A stretch of DNA of 64,000 bases from Candidatus Poribacteria bacterium (lineage in GTDB: Bacteria > Poribacteria > WGA-4E > WGA-3G): assembly GCA_965198235.1 (NCBI GenBank), contig OZ240248.1, positions 2,368,001 to 2,432,000 on the forward strand. Reading direction: 5' to 3'. The notes beneath the pieces were generated by a model. The model was not told the origin of the DNA and made no database searches. It saw nothing but the letters and a program-made list of their open reading frames with translations. This document shows, piece by piece, positions 20,776 to 31,258 of the stretch (position 1 is its first letter; every line of letters begins with the position of its first letter). The translations under genes were made by a program, and so were the position numbers.

Positions 20776-21642
20776 ATGCAGATTCCAGATTACTATCAAA
20801 TCTTAGAGGTCGGGCGGGATGCTACCGCTCGCGAAATAAAGAAAGCCTATCGGAAACTCGTAAAACGCTACCATCCCGATAAAAACCCGGAACGGACCGC
20901 TTTTGCGGAAAAGATGTTCCGCGAAGTCTGTAATGCTTATAACACGCTCCGTGACAGGAAGCAAAAATCTGACTATGATCGGACGTTACAGACTATTGAA
21001 CGGCAGCAGAAGTCCCACGAAGTTTATCTCGACAGACTGAATAGGCTCAACCAGACTTACGCCAAGTTGGAATTGCTGTTGCAAGCGTTGCTCCATCACA
21101 ATTATGAAACCGGCGTTTCCATGTATGAGCAGCTGCAGCACCATTCTCAAGAGATTGGGAAGGAGTTGCGCATTGATGACTTTCTCAGTTATGAAGAGAG
21201 TCGGGACTGTGAATTCCTCATTGCTGAAGCATATCAGAGGCTCGGATTTTCTAACGGTGCCCCGTCTTCCGTTCTTGATCGGTATCGCAAAATCGAGCAG
21301 GCAATGCTAATTTATGAATCCCTGTTGTCTGCTGAAACAAAGCGTCCCTGTTTCAGGCACTTTATCCGAGAAGTCAAAGACCGCCTCAAATTCATCTACC
21401 TCTACCATTTCACTGTCGACGGATACGACCAAACGCACCCAATTCCGTTGGCAAAAATCCGTGAATTGAGACTCTCGAAACGCGAGACTGCATGGATGTA
21501 CAAAAAAATTGCGGAGTTCTACGTTGAAATTGATCAGTTCCCGGAAGCACGAACCGTTTTGAAAATGGCATTTGAATTGCAACCCCACCTTACCGGTGCT
21601 AAGAAAATTTGCCAAACACTAAATATGGGTTCTCTTTTGTGA
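20776..21642 (+). CDS. DnaJ-domain protein with helical/TPR-like C-terminus
   Basis: 'DYYQILEV...IKKAYRKL...YHPDKN' J-domain. Confidence 0.88.
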   Translation: MQIPDYYQILEVGRDATAREIKKAYRKLVKRYHPDKNPERTAFAEKMFREVCNAYNTLRDRKQKSDYDRTLQTIERQQKSHEVYLDRLNRLNQTYAKLELLLQALLHHNYETGVSMYEQLQHHSQEIGKELRIDDFLSYEESRDCEFLIAEAYQRLGFSNGAPSSVLDRYRKIEQAMLIYESLLSAETKRPCFRHFIREVKDRLKFIYLYHFTVDGYDQTHPIPLAKIRELRLSKRETAWMYKKIAEFYVEIDQFPEARTVLKMAFELQPHLTGAKKICQTLNMGSLL

Positions 21643-21652
21643 TAAAATTAAT

Positions 21653-21677
21653 GTAGGAGCGATCTCCGAATCGCGAC
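21653..21677 (+). repeat. GTAG-family REP (GTAGGAGCGATCTCCGAATCGCGAC)
   Basis: Related copies at 20381, 30545, 30577, 42855, 55808 and inside uvrA at 18742. Confidence 0.65.
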
Positions 21678-21699
21678 ATTCTTATCAGAGGCATTCCTA

Positions 21700-22587
21700 A
21701 TGCGAAAAGAGGTACGCTGGGAACGGATGTTCCCTGATCAATTAGAAACTGCGTTCGACGACTGTCCGGCTGTTTATTTCACCTATGGACTCTGCGAACC
21801 ACATGGTCCGCAGAACACCGTAGGGCTGGATGCACTCAAGGCACATGCGATCGCTTGTCGTGCAGCGCAAACCCACGGTGGTATCGTCGCGCCTCCCGAC
21901 TATTGGCATATCCACGAACACGGTATGTATGCTAACTGGGCATATCGGAATGTTGGCGAAGCACGAAGTTGGCTCACCGCTATGCCGGCGTGGCAACACT
22001 TCAAAAACGTCTGCTATCATGTCCGTGCCGCCGATGCTCTCGGATTCCACGCCGCTATCTTCCTCACAGGACACTACGGACCGAATTGGCAGGACCTCAA
22101 GACCCTCCTGACGTTAATTCAACCCCACTTTGCTATGCGACTCTACGGGCTTCCTGATTTCGAGGCGAACACACCGGGGTTTGATCGGCAGGGCAACGGC
22201 GGAGACCACGCAGGCAGAGTCGAAACCTCGCTGCTATGGGCGTTAGAGCCAGACTGTGTTGACATGTCGCGGATGCCTGCGGCGGACGCACAGGGACCTC
22301 ATTTTGCGATGGGGGCAAATGCCTTTGAGTCAGACCGACGCATCGGTGAACGTATGGTAGATGATGAAGTCACATGGCTCGGAAAAAAGATGCAGGAATT
22401 ACTATCGGCTTACGAACAACAGGATATTACCGAACGCCAGCCTGTAACTTTTGAGGAAGTCGAACAGATATGGACAGAAACCGTATCACCCGCTTTGAAA
22501 AGTTTTGAGACGATGAAAAATCCGAAAGAATCACCACCGGAAGGTTCACAATGGTTCCGCCAGTGCAAGCTTCCGGAACTTTCCTAA
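21700..22587 (+). CDS. Creatininase family amidohydrolase
   Basis: 'EPHG....GLD', 'GHYG.N', 'DHAG..ETS'. Confidence 0.85.
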   Translation: MRKEVRWERMFPDQLETAFDDCPAVYFTYGLCEPHGPQNTVGLDALKAHAIACRAAQTHGGIVAPPDYWHIHEHGMYANWAYRNVGEARSWLTAMPAWQHFKNVCYHVRAADALGFHAAIFLTGHYGPNWQDLKTLLTLIQPHFAMRLYGLPDFEANTPGFDRQGNGGDHAGRVETSLLWALEPDCVDMSRMPAADAQGPHFAMGANAFESDRRIGERMVDDEVTWLGKKMQELLSAYEQQDITERQPVTFEEVEQIWTETVSPALKSFETMKNPKESPPEGSQWFRQCKLPELS

Positions 22588-22588
22588 G

Positions 22589-22680
22589 TTTTTAATTTAT
22601 TGCTCCTGGGCCGCTCTCCACTTCGTTACGAGCGGGTTTCTGGTTAATTTATACGGGGTTTGGGAATTTGGACGTTTCTT
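22589..22680 (-). repeat. Dispersed ATTAAAAA-ending element, reverse copy
   Basis: Reverse complement reads GTAACGAAGTGGAGAGCGGCCCAGGAGCAATAAATTAAAAA. Confidence 0.75.
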
Positions 22681-22713
22681 TTATCTTGGAACCACGAGAC
22701 CCAAGCGCATCGT

Positions 22714-22873
22714 CTGTAACGAAGTGGAAGGGTATTTCTGCGTATTGCTTGGGGTGTTTTTGCTTGGGTATTTCTGCGTATTGCTTGGGTATTTCTTCGG
22801 ATTTCTTCAGATCTACGGAGAGGCGCGTTAAATACCTAACTCCCCTGACCGAACCACAAGGAATAATTAAAAA
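22714..22873 (+). repeat. Dispersed ATTAAAAA-ending element with internal tandem expansion, abutting the PhyH start
   Basis: GTAACGAAGTGGAA, then GGGTATTTCTGCGTATTGCTT units, then TACGGAGA...CAAGGAATAATTAAAAA|ATG. Confidence 0.75.
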
Positions 22874-23635
22874 ATGAAAACGACGAATGCACAACTCGCT
22901 GAAAATTACCGAAAAGATGGATTCTTGACCGGCATCCGTGTTTCCGATGAAGGTGAAGCAACGCGTCATCGGCAAGCCTACAATGCATTGGAAGCGGAAG
23001 CCGGTACAGAGAAATGTGAAATCGGTCTTGTTGATTGGCATTTCGATTATCAATTTATCTGGGAAGTCGCAATACATCCGAAAATCGTGGATGTCATCGA
23101 GGCGCTTATCGGTCCCGATGTGATGCTGTTAGCCACTCATTTCTTCTGCAAGTACGGTCCCCGCGATAAGTTCGTCGCGTGGCATCAAGACGTGACGTAT
23201 TGGGGGCTTGAACCACCGGATGCGATCACCGCTTGGTATGCGATAGACGACAGCGATACAGGTAACGGCTGCATGCAGGTAATCCCCGGAAGCCATCAGC
23301 CGGGCATCAAGGAACACGGGACATCCGAACAGGCAGGCAACCTGCTGAGCATCAATCAGGAGGTTCCAGTCACTGAAGCGCAGGCAGAAACCGCTGTAGA
23401 TCTGGTACTAAAAGCCGGTGAGATGTCGATCCACCACGGACAGATGATCCACGGTAGCCTACCGAATCGTTCCACGCGCCGGAGGTGTGGATTGACGGTT
23501 CGCTACATAGATCCATCGGTGAGGCAGGCAGAGGAGAATTCACTGAAGCGTCCTTGGAAACCGATTCTGCTGCGAGGCGAAGACCGATACCAGAATTTCA
23601 CTACCGTGCCAAATCCCTTCCCACTTCACGGGTAA
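22874..23635 (+). CDS. Phytanoyl-CoA dioxygenase (PhyH) family Fe/2OG enzyme
   Basis: 'WHQD', 'GCMQVIPGSH', 'HGSLPNRS..RR'. Confidence 0.9.
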   Translation: MKTTNAQLAENYRKDGFLTGIRVSDEGEATRHRQAYNALEAEAGTEKCEIGLVDWHFDYQFIWEVAIHPKIVDVIEALIGPDVMLLATHFFCKYGPRDKFVAWHQDVTYWGLEPPDAITAWYAIDDSDTGNGCMQVIPGSHQPGIKEHGTSEQAGNLLSINQEVPVTEAQAETAVDLVLKAGEMSIHHGQMIHGSLPNRSTRRRCGLTVRYIDPSVRQAEENSLKRPWKPILLRGEDRYQNFTTVPNPFPLHG

Positions 23636-23721
23636 CCGCAAGCATTTATAGACGTTTTGCTGGCGAGGTTTGAAACCTCGCCAATAGCGGATCGAAGTAA
23701 GAAAGCGGCCAAGGACAAAAA

Positions 23722-24882
23722 ATGAACGCTCACATCTACGACGCAATTGTTGTCGGTGCCGGCGGTATGGGCAGCGCGACCGCATATCATCTCACCAAAT
23801 CTGGCGCAGACGTGCTTGTCTTAGAACAGTTTCAGCGTGGACATACGTTCGGCAGTTCGCACGGTGAGACCCGTATCATCCGATTCTTCTATGATAAGCC
23901 CTTTTACACAGAATTGATGAAAACCGCATACTCCGAATGGCGGGACCTTGAATCTGTCTCAGGGAAGCCACTTCTGTTCATCACGGGAAGTTTGTGTTTC
24001 GGCACAACGGGAAACCCGTATGGACGCGCTGTGCGACAAAGCTTAGATGCCGCGGGTGTTGAATCCGAGTGGTGGGATGCAGCAGAATTGACAGAGCGTT
24101 TTCCGCAATTTCGGGTGTCGAACGACATGGACATCCTCTGGCAAAAGGACACCGGTTTCCTTCACGCCGCTGAATGCGTCTTGACTCACTTGCAATTGGC
24201 AGAGCAGCACGGGGCAACAGTCCGAGAGCAAACTCCTGTAACCGACATTGATTGGCAAGCGGATGTTCCAGCCGTTCGGACTGAAAACGGTTCGTTTCAC
24301 GGCAGGAAAGTTATCGTAACGGCAGGGGCGTGGACGGAGTTCCTCCTCTCGGAAGTAAACCTCCCACTTACCGTTACGAAGCAGCAGGTCTGTTATTACC
24401 AGCCCGCGGATACTGCACGTTTCCAAGGGGACCGGTTTCCAGTCTTCACCGAAGCAACAGCGGATGGCGAATTCCTCTATGGCGTTCCCTATTTTGGACG
24501 AAACGGATTAAAAATTGGGCGGCATGGCAGGGGAGAGACCGTTTCGCCAGAGACGTGCAAACGCACCGTCGATGCAGATTACGTTGCTCACGTAGATACG
24601 TATGTGAAAGGACGTATCCCGGAACTCGGTAAAACCGCACACGCCGAAGTCTGCCTCTATACCGAAACCCCCGATGAAGATTTTATCATTGACACGCACC
24701 CGCGCTGTCCAGATCTGTTGATTGCGGGAGGCTTTTCAGGACACGGCTTTAAATTTTGTCCCCTCGTCGGGCGCGTTCTAAGCGAATTAGCACAAACAGG
24801 GAAAACAATTTTCGACATTCACCCATTTCGTATCGACCGGGAACAGAGGATCTCAAGCGGTATCCCAAGGTTGCAATCATGA
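23722..24882 (+). CDS. solA: N-methyl-L-tryptophan oxidase / monomeric sarcosine oxidase family
   Basis: GAGGMG, 'GSSHGETRIIR', 'CLYTETPDEDFIID', 'GFSGHGFKF'. Confidence 0.85.
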   Translation: MNAHIYDAIVVGAGGMGSATAYHLTKSGADVLVLEQFQRGHTFGSSHGETRIIRFFYDKPFYTELMKTAYSEWRDLESVSGKPLLFITGSLCFGTTGNPYGRAVRQSLDAAGVESEWWDAAELTERFPQFRVSNDMDILWQKDTGFLHAAECVLTHLQLAEQHGATVREQTPVTDIDWQADVPAVRTENGSFHGRKVIVTAGAWTEFLLSEVNLPLTVTKQQVCYYQPADTARFQGDRFPVFTEATADGEFLYGVPYFGRNGLKIGRHGRGETVSPETCKRTVDADYVAHVDTYVKGRIPELGKTAHAEVCLYTETPDEDFIIDTHPRCPDLLIAGGFSGHGFKFCPLVGRVLSELAQTGKTIFDIHPFRIDREQRISSGIPRLQS

Positions 24883-26342
24883 CGAAACAGACGAAAATAA
24901 TTGTGGGTGTGGTTTCCGCTGGCGTTGTGTTAATCTGCATGACGCTATTCTTTCTCATGCCGCGTGGTTCCGATCTCACCATCCAAGCACCCGCGCCACC
25001 GCGGGAAGTTACGCCTGCTCTGTTGCCGTCACCAATCCGTTCAGTCATTGCTGTGAGGGCAAATTTGCCCATACAGGATGTCAAAACGTTAGTGGAATCC
25101 GCCCTCAAAGATTATCTCAGCAAACCCATCCAACGGAAAGACGGCGCAATTGAGTCCGCTATCAAACTCAACCTTGACTCCCTTACGATGACGGGCGCGG
25201 CAGACGGGACCGTATCCGTAAGCGTTCCATTCCAGTTCAACGGATGGGCACGCGTCTCGAAAAAAATCTTCGGACAGGTAGTCCAGAAACGTGAAGATAT
25301 TAAAGGAGCCGCGGCTGCATCGCTAACCCTTACCCCAACCCTTAACTCGGATTGGCGTATTACTGCCAAAACAACCTCCGATATTTCTATCCAGAAGGCA
25401 GAAATCGAGATTTTGGGCATTACAATCTCAGTTCGTCGAATTCTTACCGAATTGGTGCGAGAGACAGTCCTCCCCAAATTAGAGAACCTCATCGTCAAAT
25501 ACATCACCAACATAGACGTAAAGACTCGCGTCGCCGGTTTATGGACGAAACTTTATGAACCGATAGTCCTCAACCAAGAACCGCCAATCGCACTCACCAT
25601 AGAGCCGCTGAGAATCCTGGCGCAACATCTGTCGAGTGACGGTGAAACGCTTTCGTTCAGCCTCGGCATAGAAACCTATATTCAAGCGAATATGGGAGAT
25701 GTATTGACGGATTCTCCCAATAATACAATCGCCGATTTGCCAGACATCCGCTTCGTGGATGCCCTTGAATCCGGCTACCATATCATTGCCCCGATTGAGA
25801 TGACCTACGCCGCGGTTGAAAACCTCGCCAAGCCCCATGTTGAAAAACCGCACAAACTAAAAGGAGTTGATACACTCGTTAGAAAGTTGACCCTCTACGG
25901 CAGTGGTACCCAGCTCGCCGCGGGGATTGAATTCAGTATGCCTTCATTAGGCGCGGAGGGACAACTCTATCTGCTCGGGACACCTGTGTATGACGCGACG
26001 ACGATGTCTGTTTCTGTCACCGAATTCGACTATACGCTAACGACACAAAGCCTATTCTTGGATATCGCACAAGCCGCCGGAGAAGGCTTCTTTCCAAACC
26101 TCCGAACAACGGTCGAGGAGAAACTCGTCTTTCCGTTGGAAGATCGGCTCACCACACTCCACAAGAAGTTGGCGGATGTCATCGCAGAACGCCGGATCGG
26201 TTCATATGTCGTTTTGCGCGGCACCGTAGATACCATTACACCGGAGGCACTTTATCTCACGCAGACAGGGGTACATATCCCATTCCGCTTACAGGGCGAT
26301 CTCACCTGTGAGGTGAATATTAGTTCTTCTCGGTTTCCGTAG
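24879..26342 (+). CDS. DUF4403-like membrane-anchored protein
   Basis: N-terminal TM helix, beta-rich body with 'GQLYLLGTPVYD'; ATGA overlap with solA. Confidence 0.65.
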   Translation: MTKQTKIIVGVVSAGVVLICMTLFFLMPRGSDLTIQAPAPPREVTPALLPSPIRSVIAVRANLPIQDVKTLVESALKDYLSKPIQRKDGAIESAIKLNLDSLTMTGAADGTVSVSVPFQFNGWARVSKKIFGQVVQKREDIKGAAAASLTLTPTLNSDWRITAKTTSDISIQKAEIEILGITISVRRILTELVRETVLPKLENLIVKYITNIDVKTRVAGLWTKLYEPIVLNQEPPIALTIEPLRILAQHLSSDGETLSFSLGIETYIQANMGDVLTDSPNNTIADLPDIRFVDALESGYHIIAPIEMTYAAVENLAKPHVEKPHKLKGVDTLVRKLTLYGSGTQLAAGIEFSMPSLGAEGQLYLLGTPVYDATTMSVSVTEFDYTLTTQSLFLDIAQAAGEGFFPNLRTTVEEKLVFPLEDRLTTLHKKLADVIAERRIGSYVVLRGTVDTITPEALYLTQTGVHIPFRLQGDLTCEVNISSSRFP

Positions 26343-26507
26343 TTTTCATTGTTGCGCTACTTTTTCCTTGACATTCGGGAACATTTCAGGCATACTTAAG
26401 GGAACTCTTGACGTTATCAGGTTTCGGTGTCAAAATCCGGTGCTTTAGCGGGCGGAGTATGTTAACTACAATTTTGTCGGGATTTTTGAGATTTAGGAGG
26501 CAAGGAG

Positions 26508-26756
26508 ATGAATCACCACAAGGAGATTATTACCGTTGAACCGGACAAACGCAGCGGACAGCCGTGTATTCGGGGAATGCGGATCACTGTTTACGATATT
26601 TTTGGATATCTGGCATCCGGTATGACAGTCGCGGAAGTCCTTGATGATTTCCCCGAACTAACCGAGATGGACATTCGTGCCTGTTTTGCGTATGCCGCAG
26701 ACAAAGAAAAATCGCAGATGGTTGACAACGAAATCGCAGATGGTTGTTTACTATAA
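26508..26756 (+). CDS. DUF433 protein (no adjacent PIN partner)
   Basis: 'GQPCIRGMRITV...LASGM...DFPELT..DI.ACFAYAA'; AGGAGG RBS. Confidence 0.88.
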   Translation: MNHHKEIITVEPDKRSGQPCIRGMRITVYDIFGYLASGMTVAEVLDDFPELTEMDIRACFAYAADKEKSQMVDNEIADGCLL

Positions 26757-26768
26757 GGGGACCGCACA

Positions 26769-28121
26769 ATGCGAACAACTCTTAAAGCAGCAAGCGCGAG
26801 CGCGAATATCACGCCACCCCTCGGCACAAGAATACCGGGCGGTTTCCGACCGAGATACGCTGAAAATGTTGACGATGAACTTTTTGCCAAAGCAGTCGTC
26901 ATTGATAACGGCACAACGCGTATCGCAATCGTTACTTGCGATCTCATCGCTATACCGGAGAAAGTAGCCGATGTAGCCAAAGCGCGTATCGCCGATAGAT
27001 GCGATATCCCCGCAGCACATGTCATGGTGAACGCTACGCATACACATACCGCCGTCGCAATCGCCGATCTGCTCGGTGTTGATGAGGATCCGGGTTATAC
27101 AGAATGGGTGCCTCTGAAAATTGCCGATGCGGTTGAACTCGCGGTGTGGCGACTCAAGCCAGCACGGGTAGGATTCGCCAGCGTTAATGAAGAACGCATC
27201 ACCTTCAATCGCCGATGGCACATGAAAGATGGTACTGTCCGTTTTAACCCCGGTATCGAAAACCCGGATCTTGTGGAACCGACCGGTACAATTGATCCAG
27301 AGTTGGCGATGATGTTCGTTGAGGCTACCGATGATGGGACTCCGATCTCCGCGGTTGCTAACTTTTCGCTCCATTACATCGGCACGAACAACGTCAATGC
27401 ACTCTCCGCAGACTATTTTGGGCACTTCGATCAGCTCATGAAGCGTTATCTGGGCGATACGTGCATCTCGCTCCTCTGGAACGCCGCATCGGGACAGATT
27501 AACAATACTGACTTCAGTGGACGGACGAAATGGACAGCGAGTGGACATCAACAGGCAGTGAAAATGGCGAACGTTCTCGCGGGGCATTTTATTGTTGAGA
27601 AGCAACTCATGGAGATGCACGAGACACTCGACCTCAGCGGAGACCTTGCCACGCTGACGTTCCAACGCAAACGGATTACCGATGAAGATCTTAAAGTTGC
27701 TGAACAGGTGCTGTCTGTGCCACAAGGAACGGACCATGCCTACGAAACGGGTCCGTTTAGTTGGGTCGTCGGGCAACCGATACCGCATGCACTGGTCGAT
27801 GTCTACGCACTTGAATGCCAGCGATTGGCGCAGTTACCGGCGCAGATGACCGCTCCTATTCAGGTAATCCGTCTTGGTGAAGCGGCGATTGTAGCATTGC
27901 CCGGAGAGGTGTTCGTTGAGACGGGGATGAATATCAAATCGAAATCTGATGCGAATCCAACGTTTCTCGTCAGTTTAGCGAATGGGTATATCGGCTACAT
28001 CTGCACGGACAAGGCATTGACGCAAGAGGGCGGATACGAGACATGGGCAGCGAAGTCCTCATTACCGGCTGTTGGGACAGCACCCACGATGGAGGCACTC
28101 GTCGCCTCAATGTTGGGTTAA
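26769..28121 (+). CDS. Neutral ceramidase-like hydrolase
   Basis: 'NITPPLG', 'NATHTHT', 'SADYFG', 'LPGEVF', 'LANGYIGY', 'GGYE'. Confidence 0.75.
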   Translation: MRTTLKAASASANITPPLGTRIPGGFRPRYAENVDDELFAKAVVIDNGTTRIAIVTCDLIAIPEKVADVAKARIADRCDIPAAHVMVNATHTHTAVAIADLLGVDEDPGYTEWVPLKIADAVELAVWRLKPARVGFASVNEERITFNRRWHMKDGTVRFNPGIENPDLVEPTGTIDPELAMMFVEATDDGTPISAVANFSLHYIGTNNVNALSADYFGHFDQLMKRYLGDTCISLLWNAASGQINNTDFSGRTKWTASGHQQAVKMANVLAGHFIVEKQLMEMHETLDLSGDLATLTFQRKRITDEDLKVAEQVLSVPQGTDHAYETGPFSWVVGQPIPHALVDVYALECQRLAQLPAQMTAPIQVIRLGEAAIVALPGEVFVETGMNIKSKSDANPTFLVSLANGYIGYICTDKALTQEGGYETWAAKSSLPAVGTAPTMEALVASMLG

Positions 28122-28129
28122 AAAAATAT

Positions 28130-28154
28130 AGAGGCGGGTGTAGGACCCGCCTCT
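28130..28154. terminator. Hairpin between convergent genes (possible bidirectional terminator)
   Basis: AGAGGCGGGT-GTAGG-ACCCGCCTCT 10-bp stem flanked by A-rich runs. Confidence 0.5.
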
Positions 28155-28176
28155 GGGGAAAAAATAGAATAGAAAG

Positions 28177-28545
<369 letters not shown>

Positions 28546-28674
28546 TTATATGGCAGCGTTGCCTTTCAATCAGGGCTTGCGATCTGTGCCCTCAAGGTTT
28601 ACAAATACAAGTACGGTGGGCGGATGTGGCAATCCGCCCTATAGAGTAATCTTTCAAAACCTCGTTCACGCGAT

Positions 28675-30090
28675 CTAAATATCGTGATAGAGGAAGAATT
28701 CGTACGGATGCGGTCGCATGTTGATTGCATCGACCTCATTTTCGCGTTTGTAATCAATCCAAACATCCAAGACGTCTTGGGTGAACACGTCGCCCTTGAG
28801 GAGATATTCGTGGTCTTCCTCTAAGGCATCCAAGGAATCGCCGAGGGACACTGGCGTGGACTCGATGTCCGCGAGTTCTTCCGGCTCAAGGTCATAGAGG
28901 TCTTTGTCCAGGGGTTCACCCGGATGGATGCGGTTCTGTATGCCGTCAAGTCCTGCCATGAGCAGTGCGCTGAAGGCGAGGTAAGGATTACAGGACGGAT
29001 CTGGTGGGCGGAATTCGATCCGTTTCGACTTCTCGCTCTTTGAGTAGACGGGAATACGGACACATGCGCTACGGTTCCGTTGTGAGTAGGCGATGTTCAC
29101 GGGTGCTTCATACCCTGGGACCAACCGCTTGTAGGAGTTGGTTGTTGGGGCGATGATTGCACAGAGCGAGCTGGCATGCGTGAGCAAGCCACCGATGTAA
29201 TAGAGTGCATCCTCACTGAGAAGCGAATATCCCTGTGGATCGTAGAAGACGTTCTTTCCATTTTTCCAGAGACTTTGGTGGACGTGCATCCCGGAGCCGT
29301 TGTCTTGGAAGAGCGGTTTCGGCATGAAAGTAGCGACGAGATTGTTTTCGCGCGCTATGTTTTTGATGATGTACTTATACAACGCAATCTTATCGCCTGT
29401 AGTGGTTAACTCACCAAAACGGATATCGATTTCGCCTTGACCCGCAGTTCCCACTTCATGATGGTGAACTTCCACATCAACACCGGCTTCGATGAGCTTG
29501 AGACAGATCTCGGAACGGAGGTCTTGAAGTGTGTCGGAAGGGGGTACCGGGAAGTAACCTTCTTTGTAGCGCGGTTTATACCCAAGGTTTGGGTTCTCTT
29601 CGCGACCTGAATTCCAACTTCCCTCAACAGAATCGACAGAATAGAAACCGGAATGCTGGTTCTGTCCGTAGCGGATGTCGTTCAAGATATAGAATTCTGC
29701 CTCAGGCCCCCAGTAGCTCGTATCCGCGATTCCAGTGGATTGGAGATACGCCTCTGCTTTCTGTGCGATATGCCGTACATCACGCGTGTAATTCTCCAAC
29801 GTGATCGGGTCTTTGATGTTACACGTAATACTTAACGTCGGCACCTTGCAGACCGGGTCGATAATGGCAGTCGTTGGATCTGGGAAGAGCAACATATCGC
29901 TCTCGTTAATTGCCTGGAAACCACGGATACTCGAACCGTCAAAACCGCAACCTTCTTCAAACAGGTCTTCGGTCAACTCGCCTGCCATCATGGAAAAGTG
30001 TTGCCACATCCCCGGCAGATCCGTGAATTTCAAGTCGACTATCTTTATATCATTGTCTTTTGCAAATGCAACCACCTCACTTGGTGTCAT
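28675..30090 (-). CDS. glnA: Glutamine synthetase type I
   Basis: 'FDGSSI', 'HHEV...GQ.EI', 'TFMPKP...NGSGMH', 'RLVPGYEAP', adenylylation site 'KDLYDL'. Confidence 0.97.
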   Translation of the reverse strand: MTPSEVVAFAKDNDIKIVDLKFTDLPGMWQHFSMMAGELTEDLFEEGCGFDGSSIRGFQAINESDMLLFPDPTTAIIDPVCKVPTLSITCNIKDPITLENYTRDVRHIAQKAEAYLQSTGIADTSYWGPEAEFYILNDIRYGQNQHSGFYSVDSVEGSWNSGREENPNLGYKPRYKEGYFPVPPSDTLQDLRSEICLKLIEAGVDVEVHHHEVGTAGQGEIDIRFGELTTTGDKIALYKYIIKNIARENNLVATFMPKPLFQDNGSGMHVHQSLWKNGKNVFYDPQGYSLLSEDALYYIGGLLTHASSLCAIIAPTTNSYKRLVPGYEAPVNIAYSQRNRSACVRIPVYSKSEKSKRIEFRPPDPSCNPYLAFSALLMAGLDGIQNRIHPGEPLDKDLYDLEPEELADIESTPVSLGDSLDALEEDHEYLLKGDVFTQDVLDVWIDYKRENEVDAINMRPHPYEFFLYHDI

Positions 30091-30318
30091 TACATACCTC
30101 CTAATTTCAGCTAACTTGTAAGCCGAAATTTTCTATCAAAACTCAAAACTTCCTCGATCCAGGGACCGAGACTATAATCTGATAAAACGGTGTAGGGAAA
30201 ACGCGGCACGAAAGCCTGGTCGTCCTAAAACCCGTTTCGATAACTCAGAAAAATATCCTAACTTCGTCAACTGAACGTGCAACTCATACCACTTGACGAG
30301 TGTCTTACTGATTGGTTA

Positions 30319-30334
30319 AGCAAAATTTATGCCA
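30319..30334 (-). promoter_or_regulatory. Sigma54 (-24/-12) promoter of glnA-glnB
   Basis: Minus strand TGGCATAAATTTTGCT, GG-N10-GC. Confidence 0.75.
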
Positions 30335-30488
30335 ATCAACTGTGATTGGGCATGGGACAGCATTTGTTGACGAAAATAGGTTAATTCTCGTGTGAAATCA
30401 CGAGACACAGGGGCAAAGCGAGAGAGGCAGCGTGAATGAGTTGCTGCCACGATTTTTTGTTCACGCCTAATAAAACATTCCAAGATAT

Positions 30489-30528
30489 TGCTAAATTATT
30501 AGGCATGGCATTGCCCGTTTTTTGCGCG
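30489..30528. promoter_or_regulatory. Putative NtrC-type enhancer sites
   Basis: TGC-N11-GCA (30489-30505) and adjacent TGC-N11-GCG, about 155-195 bp upstream of the sigma54 site. Confidence 0.5.
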
Positions 30529-30583
30529 CAGCGTCTTAACCTAAAGATCGCTCCTACCAAGAATCGCGACCGTGGAGTCGCTC

Positions 30584-31162
30584 CTACGAGAATTCAACAT
30601 CTTTGGCAAAACGGCTCGTCTCTGGACTGTCTTGTCCCGCATATTTGTTCGCAGGTTTGAGTTGATACGGCACCTGGGCACTTGAAGAAAGCTGCGCAAA
30701 AGTGAACGCACAAATCCGCATACCGGGGTACAACTTGACTGGCATACGACCGAGATTCCCCAACTCCAAGGTAGGAATGCCAATCCAACCCGGGTCAAAG
30801 AGCCCTGCGGTGCTATGAACAATAATGCCGAGCCTTCCCAAACTGCTTCTGCCTTCAAGCCGTGCCAGCACATCGTCTGCTAATTCAAGCGTCTCTTGCG
30901 TTGCTGCCAAGACAAACTCACCCGGTTGCATCGTGAAGGCATCCCCATCAGGGACATCAACCCTCCGCATCAGGTCATTGATATCAATCTCTGCACGCAG
31001 ATCGATGTACGGGTATTTGCTATGCTCAAACACACGGAAGGTGTTGCTCAATCTGAAGTCGATAGAGCAACTACCGAGTTGTGTTTCCAAGTCGGGTTTG
31101 GGGGAGATTTTGATTTTCCCCTTTTTCATATACTTAATGATATCTTTATCCGATAAAAACAT
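30584..31162 (-). CDS. dcd: dCTP deaminase
   Basis: 'LSDKDI', 'SIDFRL', 'EGRSSLGRLG..VH.TAG..DPGW.G..TLE'. Confidence 0.93.
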   Translation of the reverse strand: MFLSDKDIIKYMKKGKIKISPKPDLETQLGSCSIDFRLSNTFRVFEHSKYPYIDLRAEIDINDLMRRVDVPDGDAFTMQPGEFVLAATQETLELADDVLARLEGRSSLGRLGIIVHSTAGLFDPGWIGIPTLELGNLGRMPVKLYPGMRICAFTFAQLSSSAQVPYQLKPANKYAGQDSPETSRFAKDVEFS

Positions 31163-31258
31163 TGTTTTAACTATCTGCATCGCTATGATCTAACCGATGG
31201 TCAGGTCATCGGTCTTCGATTAGACTCACGTTTCTATTGAGACGACTTCCCAGTTCCA

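Noticed and set aside
22729-22806. Tandem ~21-bp repeats as a CRISPR array
   Set aside because: No unique spacers of regular length and no cas genes; the units are contiguous and degenerate.
22649-23077. ORFs with repeated 'EIPKQYA' or 'LGISAYC' peptides
   Set aside because: These are translations of the non-coding tandem repeat or antisense to PhyH.
26751-27788. 345-aa antisense ORF (and similar shadow ORFs such as 54681-55367 and 12771-13364)
   Set aside because: They lie opposite well-supported genes and have no motifs.
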